Below, piece after piece: positions 38,986 to 52,252 of a stretch of 64,000 bases of DNA; within the stretch, counting starts at the first letter, position 1; every line of letters starts with the position of its first letter. The position numbers and the translations under genes were made by a program. This DNA comes from Chiloscyllium plagiosum (Eukaryota), in assembly GCF_004010195.1 (NCBI RefSeq), contig NC_057728.1:41768844-41832843 (forward strand). The letters are read 5' to 3'. The notes under the pieces are model-generated. The model was not told the origin of the DNA. It did not search any database and saw only the letters and a program-made list of their open reading frames with translations.

Positions 38986-41228
38986 CCTCCTACTTACAGT
39001 CCTTCTGACTCTCCTGCTCACTGTTGATCCGGGCTGACTCTCCCATTTGGCACCTCCAGATAAACCGCAAGGTGGAGAGACATTGAGCAGGAGCAAGAGA
39101 GGTTACTCTAAAATGGTGCCTATCAGCTCATACAGCCACATGTCACACTCAGCATGAAATAATGTTAAAATGAAACATCCAATGCTAAAGATAAATCTTC
39201 ATCCCAGTAACTGACAATGTTGAATTGAAATGACTTAAATTGAGGTGACTTAAACTGAGGGTGTGCTATGTAATCATTTGTCTCTGTCTAATGGAGAGTG
39301 GTGCTTATGGTTCTTCTTTTGCCGCTGTCTGATTATCTGTCTGCTTCAAGTGATGATCTTGTTATGACTTTCTTTTATTCACCATGTTGGAGTCTGGGAC
39401 ACCCAAGTGGTGGAGCGCAGTCACAAACCATGAATGTGAAAACATTGGAAGTGTAAGAAAAGGGTTTGCAAAGTCATTCTGGCTCTAGTTCCTCTAGGTA
39501 CTCAGATGCCTCATTTGATTGTGGTCTGGAGATACTCGACAACAGGCAAAATAACTTCACCTTTTTTTCACAAGACTGCTGCCAATTGCCAAACTTCAAT
39601 ACTTGTTACCTGCAGACGGATCTCACTGCAGTTACCAGCTATGAAATTTGAAACAATTAACTGAATTATGTTGTAAAACAACAAGACTTAAGGATAAGCC
39701 AATGCTGTACGTTACCCATACGATAAGCATACTTTAATGACTGTTAAACTTTGAACCTTTTGAACTTTTTGCTCTGCTCTGTTCATTCTAACTTTTTTTC
39801 ATATTTTATATTTTATTTGGAATGATTGATTGTAAAGGTTATCTCAAATCAGCCCCTGGCCATGACGGAAGTTGATTTTTAAATAAATAAACCTTCGAGA
39901 AGAAAAGTTGGTGAGTTGGAGCCAGCTTTCTGACATGGTGTCAATTTCAATGCTTTTAACTCCCTACCCACTCTCCAACCCACTCTCTCCTGGTCAAGTC
40001 ATTCATCCTTTCATGCCAAACAAAGTGGAGAGACAATATTAATATTTAAAATAAATCCTAGTAGTACAAGTATTATTTATTCAGTAAGTGACTAGGTAAT
40101 TATTCAAACAAATCTTGTTTAAGGGCAAATTATTTTACACAGCAATGTAAGTGAAAATATGGTGTCAAAAATTAGATCAGTAATGAAAGCAAATCTTAGT
40201 AGAGCCATTTAAAGCTCTAACTCTCTGACTCTCAAATATCCATTTCAGGCTACATGTTACATGTTAATGTGAAGAAAACAAAGTGAGTAGGAAAATAAGA
40301 AACATTCAAAATCATAGGCAATATTTATAAGGGGCTGAATGACATGGGCTATTGTGAGATGTGTTGCAGAATCGGACGAAGAATCCGGTGAGGTTCATCT
40401 CAATGTTGGGAAAATCTCATCCCATCTTTTATGCATTTACCAAGTGACAAGGCGAGTTTCTGTGGTGAGGCAGTGATAAGTTGATACTTAAGGAGATTGT
40501 AACTGGTTAAACGTCTTGTTGATAGCACAGCCCATTTATTAACATTCAGCTTTCCATCTTATAAAACTTAGACATTGAAACACGGGAGTCAGAACGGGCT
40601 TCTGGCAGATTCAGCTTGCCGCTTGCTGCAAAGGATCACTATGTTGAATACCAGGCACCAACATCTCAGGGCACACTCCAGGGCACTGGCCACATACACC
40701 TCACATCCAACCTCTAAGAACCCTTATGGCACTTCTGCACTTCAATGTTGCACCATGGCCTACTCTGGCAACTATCATTGTAATGCTGCTGCAAGGACTC
40801 TTCTAACTCAGTGACACACATCCAGTTCATGGACTGGACCAGGCTGCATCTCCAAGTTATTTGCTTGCTGTCAAAGTACACATCAACTCTGAGCCAACCT
40901 AGATACTTATAGCATTCCTGCCTTGCAATGCTTTCCCTTGCTTCTTTGCACTTTGCCCCCTAGTCAGAGATTTCATGCTCTTATTACTTGCCTTGCCAAT
41001 TAGTGTAAACACAAAGGAAGGAAACTTGTCCTGGTTGTCAGCAAACCTCAGTCGATTCAAGGGGGATATCCTTCCCTCTGCGAGTCACAGCACAGGCTTA
41101 TTCAGGGGTTTTGACATCGTAATTTAGCTGTGCAGTGTGGTCAAAGTCAGGATGCTGTCCACATAAAGGGGGAGGAGCTAAATATCAAGCAGCCCACCAT
41201 CCCGTTTGGCTCTTTCTGCCCTATAGTG

Positions 41229-41429
41229 ATGATTTGGAGGAGTTGGTGTTGGACTATCTGGGGTAGACAAAGTTAAAAATCACACAGCACCAGGTTACAG
41301 TCCAACAGGTTTATTTGAAAACACTAGCTTTCAAAGTGCTGCTACCTGAAGAAACAGAGCTCCAAAAGCTAGTGCTTCCAAATAAACCTGTTGGACTATA
41401 ACCTGGTGTTGTGTGATTTTTAACTTTGT
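41229..41429. mobile_element. Palindromic PLE family B with 9-bp TSD
   Basis: Inverted arms joined at the decayed HHR (~41343); cctatagtg at 41220-41228 and 41430-41438. Confidence 0.8.
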
Positions 41430-42639
41430 CCTATAGTGGGCTGTTTTTTTCTAAAATGAGAGACTGGCATGTATTAGCTGTAGTAGTTGTAATTTTCCCC
41501 AAAATTCCTTGGATTCTGGAGATGTATTGGAGGATTGGAAAACTACTAATTTAACACATCGTTTCAAAAATTATAATCTTTCATTCTTGGTGGCGGTTCT
41601 GATGACTCTCAATTGTATCGTTTCCTGCTGTTACAATGAAGTATGAGAACTGCATACAATACTCAAGGAAGATGAATTTCGGGGGGGCTTCTTCTTCTAC
41701 TCCACCATAAATTTGTTAGAAAAGCCATGGAGTTAATAGAAAATGGTGTAAATTGTGTTTATAATCTAAATACAGGATTTCCATAACTTGTCCTCTGAAG
41801 TTATGTTGGCTGACATGGAGGACAGCTAGGAAATCTATCACTTGTCTGTGACCCTACCATAACCAATAATGTAACACGAATTTAACACTATTTCATTGTT
41901 TCTGTACACAGGACTCCTAAATAAGACCAGGAATTATCTTACACCGAGTGATTAAAACATTATATTGTTACTTAGTGATAACAAGGTTCCAGGAGCATGT
42001 GGGCATAAAGATGGAAGAGAGCAACATTACCCATGGTCACTTTTGTCTTGATGCCAATTTGGATCCTGTATATCACTGTGCATCTGCAGGTGTACAGTTC
42101 TGATACTTTCAACTGAACCCTTTCTCATGCCTCCTTTGGACAAACTCATCAGTAACCATCTCCGGAGATGTGCTGATGGTACAGCTCAAAGCCCAGCTAG
42201 CTAAAATTTGAAGTGTTCAGGGCCTTCTGATGGGTTCTGTACCATAGACAAGTTCAGTGGTTCTAGGTTCTGCAGGTCTACCTTCAATATCCAAATCATG
42301 CAAGTGCTGGACTTTTGAAATACACAGTGATTAGTGGTTGGGAAATTCTGGCAGATCAACTCAGCTACTTTCCTTACATAGAATTCATCCCTCTTAAAAG
42401 CTGGGTGATGGTAATCTGGCCCCTGACTTCAGTAGATGTTAGGAAAGGAATGTACTTATCCTCAGTCAATAGGTTCTTTGCTTTTCTTCATCTATCTTTT
42501 CCTGCACCCTGCCTACCCATGGCCAGTTCTTCACCACTTATTCTGCCTTCCCCTACTATCTGTCTAAATTCTCCTGGTTGATGTATCTGAGCTGGTGACT
42601 TCATAGTGTAAGTGCAATGACCAGGCACAATGTGCACTT

Positions 42640-42745
42640 CTGAAACAAACAAAATCAGAAATTGCAGGTGAAACTCAGCAGATCTGGCAACATCTATGGA
42701 GAGAAAACAGAATTAATCTTTCAAGTCCAGTTACTTTTCTTCATT
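42640..42745 (-). mobile_element. PLE family C fragment
   Basis: cagaaattgcaggtgaaactcagcagatctggcaacatctatggagagaaaacag. Confidence 0.55.
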
Positions 42746-45164
42746 TGTGCCACTATTTAGTTTTGTCAGCTATGTCCTAGGATGGTCCAGCACTGGAAGC
42801 CTGAGAAGAACTTTAAAATGTACAGAAAGAAAAGGGCACTGAAAACAAACTTAGAACAGTCATATGAGGTTTGTGAGGGCAAGCATTTCACTTAGATCCA
42901 CTTCTCCTGGAGAGACTGTGTGAAAGTCTGTCTGATAGAATGTTGTAGTGCAGTTTCTGGAATGAGCTAAGGAATATAAACCCCTCGTGGGATTTCTCTT
43001 TCTTCTTGCCCACTTCCCACAACCTGCTGGATTTGTCTGGATTTTGCTATGCACGTGATCTGCCCATTGAAGTGGTTCCTAAATGGAGGCTTACACCCAT
43101 CTCCTGTTGCATCCTCTGGTGGGTTGTTTACTTTTGTGAGGAATTATAGAAGGATGAGAAGTGACAGTTAAGAAGTTTCAAGTCGGAAGGCAAGCTGATC
43201 AGAGAGAAAATTGATTCCTTTGGATGAGGTAGCTTAGGTGCTTTGGAATTTTTAGTGGTGGATATGTCTCTGTTGTGAGGATGATTGGTAATGAAAGAAC
43301 ATTTTGGAGATTGCGACATTAGGTTTCAGAACTGTTGCAAATTTGTAATGATAGGCTTGCAATGAAATACATACAACAGTCAATCTTTCCTGAATGCGAA
43401 ACTGAGCGATAAAATGCCTTACCTTGTTACTTCTGATATGGTCAGTGAACTCATTTTGTTGCTGTATCCTTGTGCATTGGATGGTATAGTCAGAGATCTA
43501 TTGTTCTGCTATTTTCTACACTAAATCCAGTTATTTTGATTTCTTTTCTACATAATACAGAGTGTAATGCATCCCTCCACCTCTTCATAATTTGCTGCAC
43601 CACCTTTTTACCTGTATTATCAAACAGAAGCTCCTTGCCTTTTCCTTGTTTCTGTAATTATACTTCACAAGAGAGGCATAAAAATACTATCATTTAAACT
43701 TGAAATAAAAAATGGATAATATTTTTAGAGCCTGATTCAATCACATTCTCAGAGCAGAAAGCAATCACAGATACATTGAAAATATTTTAGGCTAAATCAG
43801 TTTAACTAGTTTTAAATTTTTAAAATATTAGAAGCAGCTAAAAGGATAATTTCAACTCTTGCCCGAACCTAAACCTAGTCATGCTTCTGTGTAGTTATCT
43901 CCTTATTCCCTTTCAATTTATTAAACCCCAGTGTCATGCCAATTAGATGGTTTGTGCCAGTTTGTTTACCTCTGTGAGTGCACAAATATTTGTTCTCATT
44001 CTTTAAGTGAAGAACATTAGGAATATTGAGTCATTAGAAAATCCCAACAATGCTTCCTTCTGCATGATAAACTTCTTGTGACCTGAACAACATATGCCTA
44101 GGGAGAGGAGCATACACACCAGTGGTGAGAAATTTTTGGTTAATGCCGTACATTTAGATAGCACCTCAACTTTGAAAGTAGACCAGTGGCTGTAAAGCAT
44201 CTTAAGATAATGAAAAGTAATGAAAGATAATGAAAGATGTTTGTCCTCATTCTATCATACGCATAACTTTGCTACATATTGAGAATCTTGAGTGAACACC
44301 CATTACTTTTTCTTCCCCTAGCCCAGAAGTGTTTTGGTCAGCTGTAATCCTTACTCCCCTGCAACTATCATTCTCGTCATGTATACGGTCCAGTATGGAA
44401 AGATTACTACAGCATCCACAAAGTGAATTTGAATCCTGACATGAAACTCTAAAAATAAACTTTTTCAATAAAGATAAAATCTGAACATGACAAAAGTATG
44501 CTGTGATCAGAATACGTTCCTTTCAAAAGCATAATGCAATTTTATAATTGAAAGTAAAATTACTGTGTTGGTTGGAAGGATCGGCAGGGAATACACCTGC
44601 ATTAAAATAGTGTATGAATATTCAATGGGCAATTATTGTGAATGATAAACTATCCTGAAGGTTAGCACCCATTGATTAATTCAATGAAAACAACTTTTGG
44701 TAGTGTTTGCACTCAATCACAGAAGTGTAGGACAATTATGAACTTCTGTGGCACTGATCAGATTTAGAATCAGCTTCACATGTTACAAACTTAGAACTCT
44801 TCAGATGTTACTTCAGGTAACAGTTTGGAAATAATTGACACGTTTCTTTCAACATCTATTGCTTTGAGATAAGTTGAGATTAAGGTTACTTTCAAAACAA
44901 TCCTGAGGCTAATAGTGCTTACTGTTACATATGTGCTAATTGTACATTAACTTGAGGTGAAGGGCAGTTAACGATGAATATCTGAGTTGGGCCATTCTGT
45001 TGTTAGCTTTCAAAATCCATCTTGCTGCCTTTTACATCATTGACACATCAAATGGCACAGAACTACTATATTTATGTGATTTGGAGATGCCAGTGTTGGA
45101 CTGGGGTGTACAAAGTTAAAAATCACACAATACCAGGTTATAGCCCAACAGGTTTAATTGGAAG

Positions 45165-45199
45165 CACTAGCTTTCGGAGCACTGCTCCTTCATCAGGTG
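45165..45199 (-). ncRNA. Minimal hammerhead ribozyme motif (family B), intact
   Basis: Minus strand cac-CTGATGA-a-ggagc agt gctcc-GAAA-G-CTA-gtg: 3-bp helix I, 5-bp helix II, loop-less palindromic helix III (AGCT), CUA site. Confidence 0.75.
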
Positions 45200-45301
45200 G
45201 TTGTCATCTTCATCACAGCACGGTGTAGGGCAGCACGGTGGCTCAGTGGTTGTTAAAAATCACACAATACCAGGTTATAGCCCAACAGGTTTAATTGGAA
45301 G

Positions 45302-45336
45302 CACTAGCTTTCGGAGCACTGCTCCTTCATCAGGTG
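45302..45336 (-). ncRNA. Minimal hammerhead ribozyme motif (family B), identical second copy
   Basis: Same sequence as 45165-45199, 137 nt away. Confidence 0.7.
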
Positions 45337-45356
45337 GTTGTCATCTTCATCACAAC

Positions 45357-45390
45357 CACCTGATGAAGGAGTAGTGCTCTGAAAGCTAGT
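45357..45390 (+). ncRNA. Hammerhead motif (family B) with weakened helices
   Basis: cac-CTGATGA-a-ggagt agt gctct-GAAA-GCTA-gt; core intact, two G-U pairs in helix II. Confidence 0.5.
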
Positions 45391-45407
45391 TCTTCCAATT
45401 AAACTGT

Positions 45408-45693
45408 AGGGCAGCACGGTGGCTCAGTGGTTAGCACTGCTGCCTCACAGCACCAGGGACCCAGGTTCAATTCCAGCCTCGGGCGACTGTCTGTGTGGAG
45501 TTTGCACATTCTCCCCGTGTCTGCATGGGTTTCCTCTGGGTGCTCCAGTTTCCTCCCACAGTCCAAAGATGTGCAGGGTCAGGTGAATTGGCCATGCTAA
45601 ATTGCCCAAAGTGCTAGGTGCATTAGTCAGAGGGTCGGTGTGGATTGGTTGGCTGAAGGGCCTGTTTCCACACTGTAGGGAATCTAAAAAAAA
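45408..45693 (+). mobile_element. tRNA-derived SINE (HE1/V-SINE-like)
   Basis: gggcagcacggtggctcagtggttagcactgctgcctcac, ggttcaattcc, body, aatct plus A tail. Confidence 0.92.
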
Positions 45694-48600
45694 CCCAGTG
45701 TTGTGTGATTTTTAACTGGTCGGTAAAAAAACTCACCACAGAATCTTAAGCCTTGTTGTTATGTGCACAAGTATTCTTTTAGCATGTAATAAATATTAAT
45801 TCTTTCCCGAGGTATTCAGGAATGTGGATTTTAAGCCATGGTCAGTTCAGCCATGATCTTATTAGATGGTGGAGCAGACCAGAGGGTGACAGACCTACTC
45901 TTACTTGTAATTCATATGTTAATATGTAACCAACCTCTCTGGCACTGGAAATTACCTATTACAAGTGTGAAGTCTCATTCCTTCAAGAGTTAATTGCGGC
46001 CGGAGATTTCAAAAAGGTAAAACTTAAACAAAAAAAACACTTTCTTTGGTTTTCTTTTTATTTCTCTCTCATTCTTTTCAGTCATCTTTTTATTGGTGTT
46101 CCTGTACCTAATTCAACATTGAATTCTGTTACATTTCATTCTCAATCCTTGCACTGTTTATTTCCTCAAACCTTTAATCTGATTGGCTGATGAGATAAAC
46201 AGCTACTTTCTCTGTTCACTCAGGTTCCGGATGCCCTGTCACCCTTGCTGTGTATTATCAGCTCACACTTTCAACAACTTGCCATGTTGAAAATGAATTA
46301 AAACTTAAACATGCAAGGACAAGTCTAAATAATGGCAGAGACTGTTGGATACCCTGCTACCGCAAGTTATAGCCTAGTAGTTGCAATGGCAAGCATAAAA
46401 TGTTTTATATCTTGCCCTGCAGCCTACAATGATGAAAAAGGTAGTTTTACTAGAGATGCTTGACATTTCAGCGATTGAATTCCTAGCTTTAGAAGCACAG
46501 ACATATAACTTACAAGGAAAACACTGGAACTTAATAACAGATGAAGAGGGGGTGGGGGATATGTGAAGATTTTTTAGAGTAACAATGCCCCTTAAATGTT
46601 GCACTTAAAAAAAAAACAACCTTTGAAACATTTTAACTGTTCACTTCTGGATTCCAAAGATAATATGGCGTTTTTCACCCATTTTTGAGTTACTTTGAAA
46701 CTAAGTCAGTGTTGTGCCTAAGTTAGAGAATTCCTTATTATACGGCTACAATACTGTCTTTGTGAGAATAAATGACATCTGTAAGTTGGAAGGAAACACT
46801 TGCAATTGGATAAAGCAGTTCAATTTGTAGCGAAATGTTATATTGAAAAAGTCAAAGTCAGTATGGTGGTCACCGATTTGTGTTCAGGATTCATTGTACA
46901 GTGAGATTTTGATCTTGAGAGTTTTCTTCTTGAGAGCTCTAAGGAACTGCAGGATACAATGTGAGAACACAGCATTCTTAGCTACATACATGCATCTCTT
47001 AGCATGCAACTGAAGAATGGCTTTGGCAAAGGTCTCAGAGTACCAAGTCTCTCAGGTAACCAAGTCAGACGATGCTGCACGTTATGAGGTGCATAGAAGA
47101 GAAATTTGCCTTTTGGAAGCCTGAAGATAAAAGAACATCCCAGAACACCATTACCCAATACAAGCTGGGAAACCTCATCTAGGATTGTGGCTGCCGTTTC
47201 TATAATTGGCCTCAGTACCTATGCTAGGCAGGGAAATAAACCAGCCACAGTTCCTGTTCTTTCAGTGACCAGTGCTGGAAATTGTAGTGGAAAAAAGTTA
47301 GGTCAGAGGAGGAATAGGTTTGACTGTAATGCTCCACTTATCCCCCACTGTTAAATCCCAAAGAGGATTGGAAGAGGTTTGACTATGATACTTTCTGGGG
47401 TGGGATATGTTGCTGACGCTTTTGGATAAGTTTACTGAGGAATAATACTAATGCCCCAAACTGAGCCGATCTCTTCAGGAAACAAGTGGCAAAGTAGAAA
47501 AAACACTAGAAATACCTTTTTACACTGAGAAATTTAAGTAGTCCATGATTTTGCACCCAAGAAACTGATTTAAATTCCATCAGAAAATCTGAGTGCTTCA
47601 TTTTGCTTTTCACATAATCCAAATGATAAGGCCAAGATTATCTACTTACCAACAAGTTTCATACATTGTAAGAATCTTGTTACAAATGAGTTCAATAAAT
47701 CACTAACCTGAACACTAACTCCCTTTTTAAATTCATTTTGTATCTGTGCTGTGGCTAAAATTATTATGATAGATTGGAGAAACCCTTATCTATTGAGATA
47801 TGGAGCTCAGTGTGGATTAAATTTATAGGTAACCATAAACTTAAGACCTAATTTACTATCCAATTACAGATTTGTGGGTGACAGGGTTTCCACACTAGTA
47901 TCACTCTTATTAAGATCACAGGCACCATTCAAACAATTTTAACAGAGCTTCCTCTCAGTAGAATTGTGCTGTATAGTATATTTTAATAAACAAGGACATT
48001 TGCATTTATTAGAGGAACAGAAATTAAAACCAGCTCACTGTTTCTCTGAAAATCAAATAATTCAAGACCTTCAACTTAATACACTATATTTGCAGTTATT
48101 GCAGTGGACTCATTCATTAACATCTCTAGTGAAGCTTCATTTATATCACTGTGAAGTCCAATCCATTTCCTTTTACAATTGTGTGTTTTTATGTGGACAT
48201 GTGAGACTATGGAATGACTGAAATCAAACCCATGTTGTTCAACAGACTCTGATATCCAAATTATCTCACAATAGATTTTTCTCAAGCTATTTAATTTCCT
48301 AAGAGAGTTAAATAACCATACGTAAAACACACAAGGTGAAACTGTGAAATTTCTTCAGACCCCCGAAGGGAAAGAAGCAAAAATTCCAAGTATCAGTCTA
48401 GCATTACAATCTAATTAATTCAAACTGGACACCAGGTTCATTTCACAGACGAATACCCAATGGCCCCAAAGCAGGGCTTTCATTCTGTCAGCAGGAATGG
48501 AAGGCTTTATTAAGGAAAGACTGGAGAAATTTTTCTCCCTTATCAAAGGAGATCTGACAGTGACATTTGAAATTGTTGAAAGTTTTGATTAAAAAAAAGG

Positions 48601-49274
48601 TAAAACTATTTTAGCTGTTTGTTCAATTGTTAAATAGGAGATAAGTTTGGTGCTCTAATTTCCTTGAAACAGTTCCCTGTCTACCATTGTAACTGCATAG
48701 GTAAAGTGATCAAATCACTGTGATACTCATACACAGAGTTTCTACTGCATTTCCAACGAAACTACAATTTCAGAATAATAGCAACTTTGAGGGAATTGTT
48801 AAATTTGTTGAAATAGTAAAGTGAGAGGTTGGTTTTATTTTTTCAAAAGAGAATGCTTAAGAATTTGAACATAAGCATTTAAATGGTACAGCTGATAGAC
48901 AGGGAAGCTGACTGTGTCGCTCTTGCAGAGAGCTGGTATGGGTTTGATAGGCCGAGTGGCCCTTCTCTGTGCTCCAGAATTCTAACAGTTTACTAGTCTC
49001 ACTGATGCAGGACAAGTTTACATTGTATCACAAATGAAATCTAACAGCAGCTGAGTGTGTAAAATTAACACAACAGATTAGGATCGCTATAAATGTTTTG
49101 GCTGAAGTTAACATATTGTATAGAAGAGTCCTTAACTCAGAATAATATTCACTCACTACAGACCTACAAATGGCCCAAACAAATTGGGCACTGTAACTTT
49201 AACTCTGAAACATGTTTTTCTCTTTGTTGTTGCTTAATGTCACTGGCTTCATCTTGAATTTTCTAATTTATGAT

Positions 49275-49620
49275 CTACAGGGTCTGGGTAGTGCACTGAG
49301 ATACAATGCCTTCCTTTTACTTCTGGGAGTGGAGATCAAGTTCAGCCCAAACAGATGGGACAAAAGGCTTCTCTCTGCGATGGTTGTTATGGGCTCGAAG
49401 CAAAATTAACTCGGCAGACTCAAACAGTTCCCAGTAGATATAAGTCAATAGCACAAAACTACCCATAATTTGGCACTAATTGGCACTAATTTGCCAATCT
49501 CATTCAGAGAGGCCATAAGCTAGATGGTGTGGGAAATGGAAATGCCTTGCTTGTGCAATAGCTCGGAGTCTAAGAATATTGTCAGGGTAATGTGGATGAC
49601 ATTGTATTTTACCTAGCAAT
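49275..49620 (+). mobile_element. LF-SINE-like element
   Basis: gagatacaatgccttc, ttcagccca, cagttcccagtaga, cacaaaactacc, ttggcactaattggcac and cagagaggcc occur in the order recalled for the LF-SINE consensus. Confidence 0.6.
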
Positions 49621-50194
49621 AGATGGAAGTGATTGGTCATTAAATTACAAAGACGATATTAATTCCTAAACCCACAGTACAACCTCTAATAAGCAATATG
49701 CAGTTTCAATTTGCAACAAAATGAATATTTTCATAAATGTGATTTTAATTTAACTTGTTCTCAAGATATGATATATAATAAAGCTACAAAGATTGTTTAT
49801 TGGGTGAACAAGAATGCCTTAATTAGCATAAGCATTGGGCTTGCTGGCAAAGAGAAAACAAGGAGAAATCAGCCTGGAGTTTTGCTCCTCATTGCTGATG
49901 GCTTCTGCTGAATAGATTAATATTGGTTAAAGACATGAGGAGGCTAATCACTGATTTTCCCTGTAGCTTAATAGTTTGCTGGGATTTTTGCAGGGAGTTT
50001 CTGTAAGATTTTCTCTGATTGGTTTGCTGTAATTAAAGCAAAAGATTTACTGAATTCCTGGAAGTAAGCAGAAATAGAGTATTTGCTGACATTCCACTGA
50101 AGATGCTGATTGGCAGAGTCCTGAAGGAATTTCCTGGTGTTCCTGTTGTGACTCACACATGAATAATGCATTTGGGGAGGCACTGAAGGATGCT

Positions 50195-50380
50195 GAAAAT
50201 AGAAAGTTCTGGAGAATCCTTGCAGGTCTGGGAGCATCTGTGGAGAGAGAAAGAGAGTTAGCATACTGGACTTAAAATGTTAACTGTGTTTCTTTCTCTA
50301 TAGATACTCTTAGACCTGCTGAGTTTCTCCAATACTTTCTGTTTTTATTTCAGATTTACTGTATCTGCGGTATTTTTCTA
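50195..50380. mobile_element. Old palindromic PLE (family C)
   Basis: ctggagaatccttgcaggtct..gcatctgtggagagagaaa is inverted against tttctttctctatagatac..agacctgctgagtttctcca. Confidence 0.65.
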
Positions 50381-51551
50381 TATCTGACACTGAGTGTCAT
50401 CAATGGGTCTGAGAGGAGAGCAGGAAAAATATGGGTGAAGACAATCATTTTTCTTTACTTCCAATGAAACAGTTTTAAGACATCAAAACCAATAAATTGT
50501 GAAAAGAATTTAAACTGTAATTTACCTGTGGGATCATAATAGGCAGATGAGCTTAAAATTTATGAGGTTTCTGATTTTTTATGCATGATTAACAGTTTAT
50601 TTGTTCATTAAACTTAAAGGGACATCACAAAAAAAGTTTCCATGGAAAATAAATGTATCAGTCTGCATTACATGTTTTGAGTCACTTGGGTGTTTATTCC
50701 TATTTTGCATGCTTGCACCTTTTCAATTCTACCTACTTTCTTTGTTCCACTATCTTAGCTGTTCACATTTCACTGTTTTAATATTGTGTGAACATTATGG
50801 GATAAGGAGCACAGAATTCAGTTTGGTTGTTCTCCTGAACCCAATCATTTCCCTGCAAGTGCTGTGCTGCCAGTCACTTTTGGTTTGGCTTGCACCTAAC
50901 ACCCCTCACCCTGAGGATATGCTCACATGCATCACCAGAAGTAACTGAATGCATTCTATCCTGATGCCACACGACTGACCAGCCACCATTTGATATTTTT
51001 GGACTCCGCAGGTGCATTCTATGAATTTAGAAATCTCCCACAAAAGATCAACTGCTCAGCTGCAAAGTGGGCCCTGCAATAGCATTGTGTAAAAGATCAG
51101 GCAACTAACATGCAGTTTTATAAAAAATACTTCTGCCGTTGTAAAGTGAAGGTACTCGAGAGTGATTTGGAAGGTGTGGTGAGTTCTTGGATTTGCCTGA
51201 GTGTTGCTGAATCCTCGGATAGGGGAGAGGCGTAAATGACTGTTTCAGTCAAATGTTGCAACTGGTATGGGGTGGGGTGTAGCAATGGGAGAGCCCCTGG
51301 TTTTGCAGCATGATCAGGAAGTTCTGTTATGGCTTCCACAGACCAGTCTCTGCACAGTGGACACTGACAAGTTGAAGCCAGCCACCTCTGTTTTTCTTAA
51401 CAGTGACAAGAGGCTATAAACAGGCCAGCCAATGTGGATATACATGTCCAATGGTGCTTTCCTGCATGCCACTTCAAGTGAAAGTGAAATCCCTGTATCC
51501 AAGTTCATCAGCCATCTTGCTCTCCATTGAGTTGAGTCATGAACCATACAT

Positions 51552-52252
51552 TGGGCCACTTCAAACTGATGCAGGAAGCCTGGTGATGGGAGAGAAGGAA
51601 ATAGCAGGAGAACTTAACAAGTACTTTGCGTCAGTTTTCACAGTGGAAGACATGAGTAATATCCCAAAAATTAAAGGGTGTCACGGGGCTGAGTTGAGTA
51701 TGGTTGCCATTACGAAAGAGATAGTGCTAGAAAAGTTAAAAAGTCTTAAAATTGATAAATCTCCTAGCCCCGATGGGATACACCCTAGAGTTCTGAGAGA
51801 GGTGGCTGAGGAAATAGCAGAGGCATTGGTTGAGATCTTTCAAGAGTCACTGGAGTCAGGAAAGGTCCCGGATGATTGGAAGATGGCTGTTGTAACCCCC
51901 TTGTTCAAGAAAGGATCAAGGCAAAAGATGGAAAATTATAGGCCAATCAGCTTAACCTCGGTTGTTGGTAAAATTCTAGAATCCATCATTAAGGATGAGG
52001 TTTCTAAATTCTTGGAAGAGCAGAGTCTGATTAGAACAAATCAACATGGATTTAGTAAAGGGAGGTCATGCCTGACAAACCTGTTGGAATTCTTTGAAGA
52101 GGTAACAAGTAGGTTAGACCAGGGAAACCCAGTGGATGTGGTCTATCTAGACTTTCAAAAGGCCTTTGATAAGGTGCCACACGGGAGGCTGCTGAGCAAG
52201 GTGAGGGCCCATGGTGTTCGAGGTGAGCTGCTGGGATGGACTGAGGATTGGA
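51552..52252 (+). mobile_element. CR1 ORF2 fragment with uninterrupted frame (young)
   Basis: ORF 51403-52263: ELNKYFASVFT..DKSPSPDGIHPRVL..NYRPISLTS..QHGFSKGRSCLTNL..DFQKAFDKVPH. Confidence 0.95.

Larger units (their letters stand above)
45078..45718. mobile_element. Palindromic PLE family B with duplicated left arm and a SINE inserted in the right arm
   Basis: Left arm present twice (45115-45217 and 45252-45354); right arm 45352-45404 resumes at ~45695 after the SINE. Confidence 0.85.

Noticed and set aside
43423..43651. Possible minus-strand exon
   Set aside because: Best frame hits a stop before the donor and the acceptor is weak
44355..44448. Possible minus-strand exon within ORF 44247-44468
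   Set aside because: Acceptor is plausible but the donor is weak and the peptide unrecognisable
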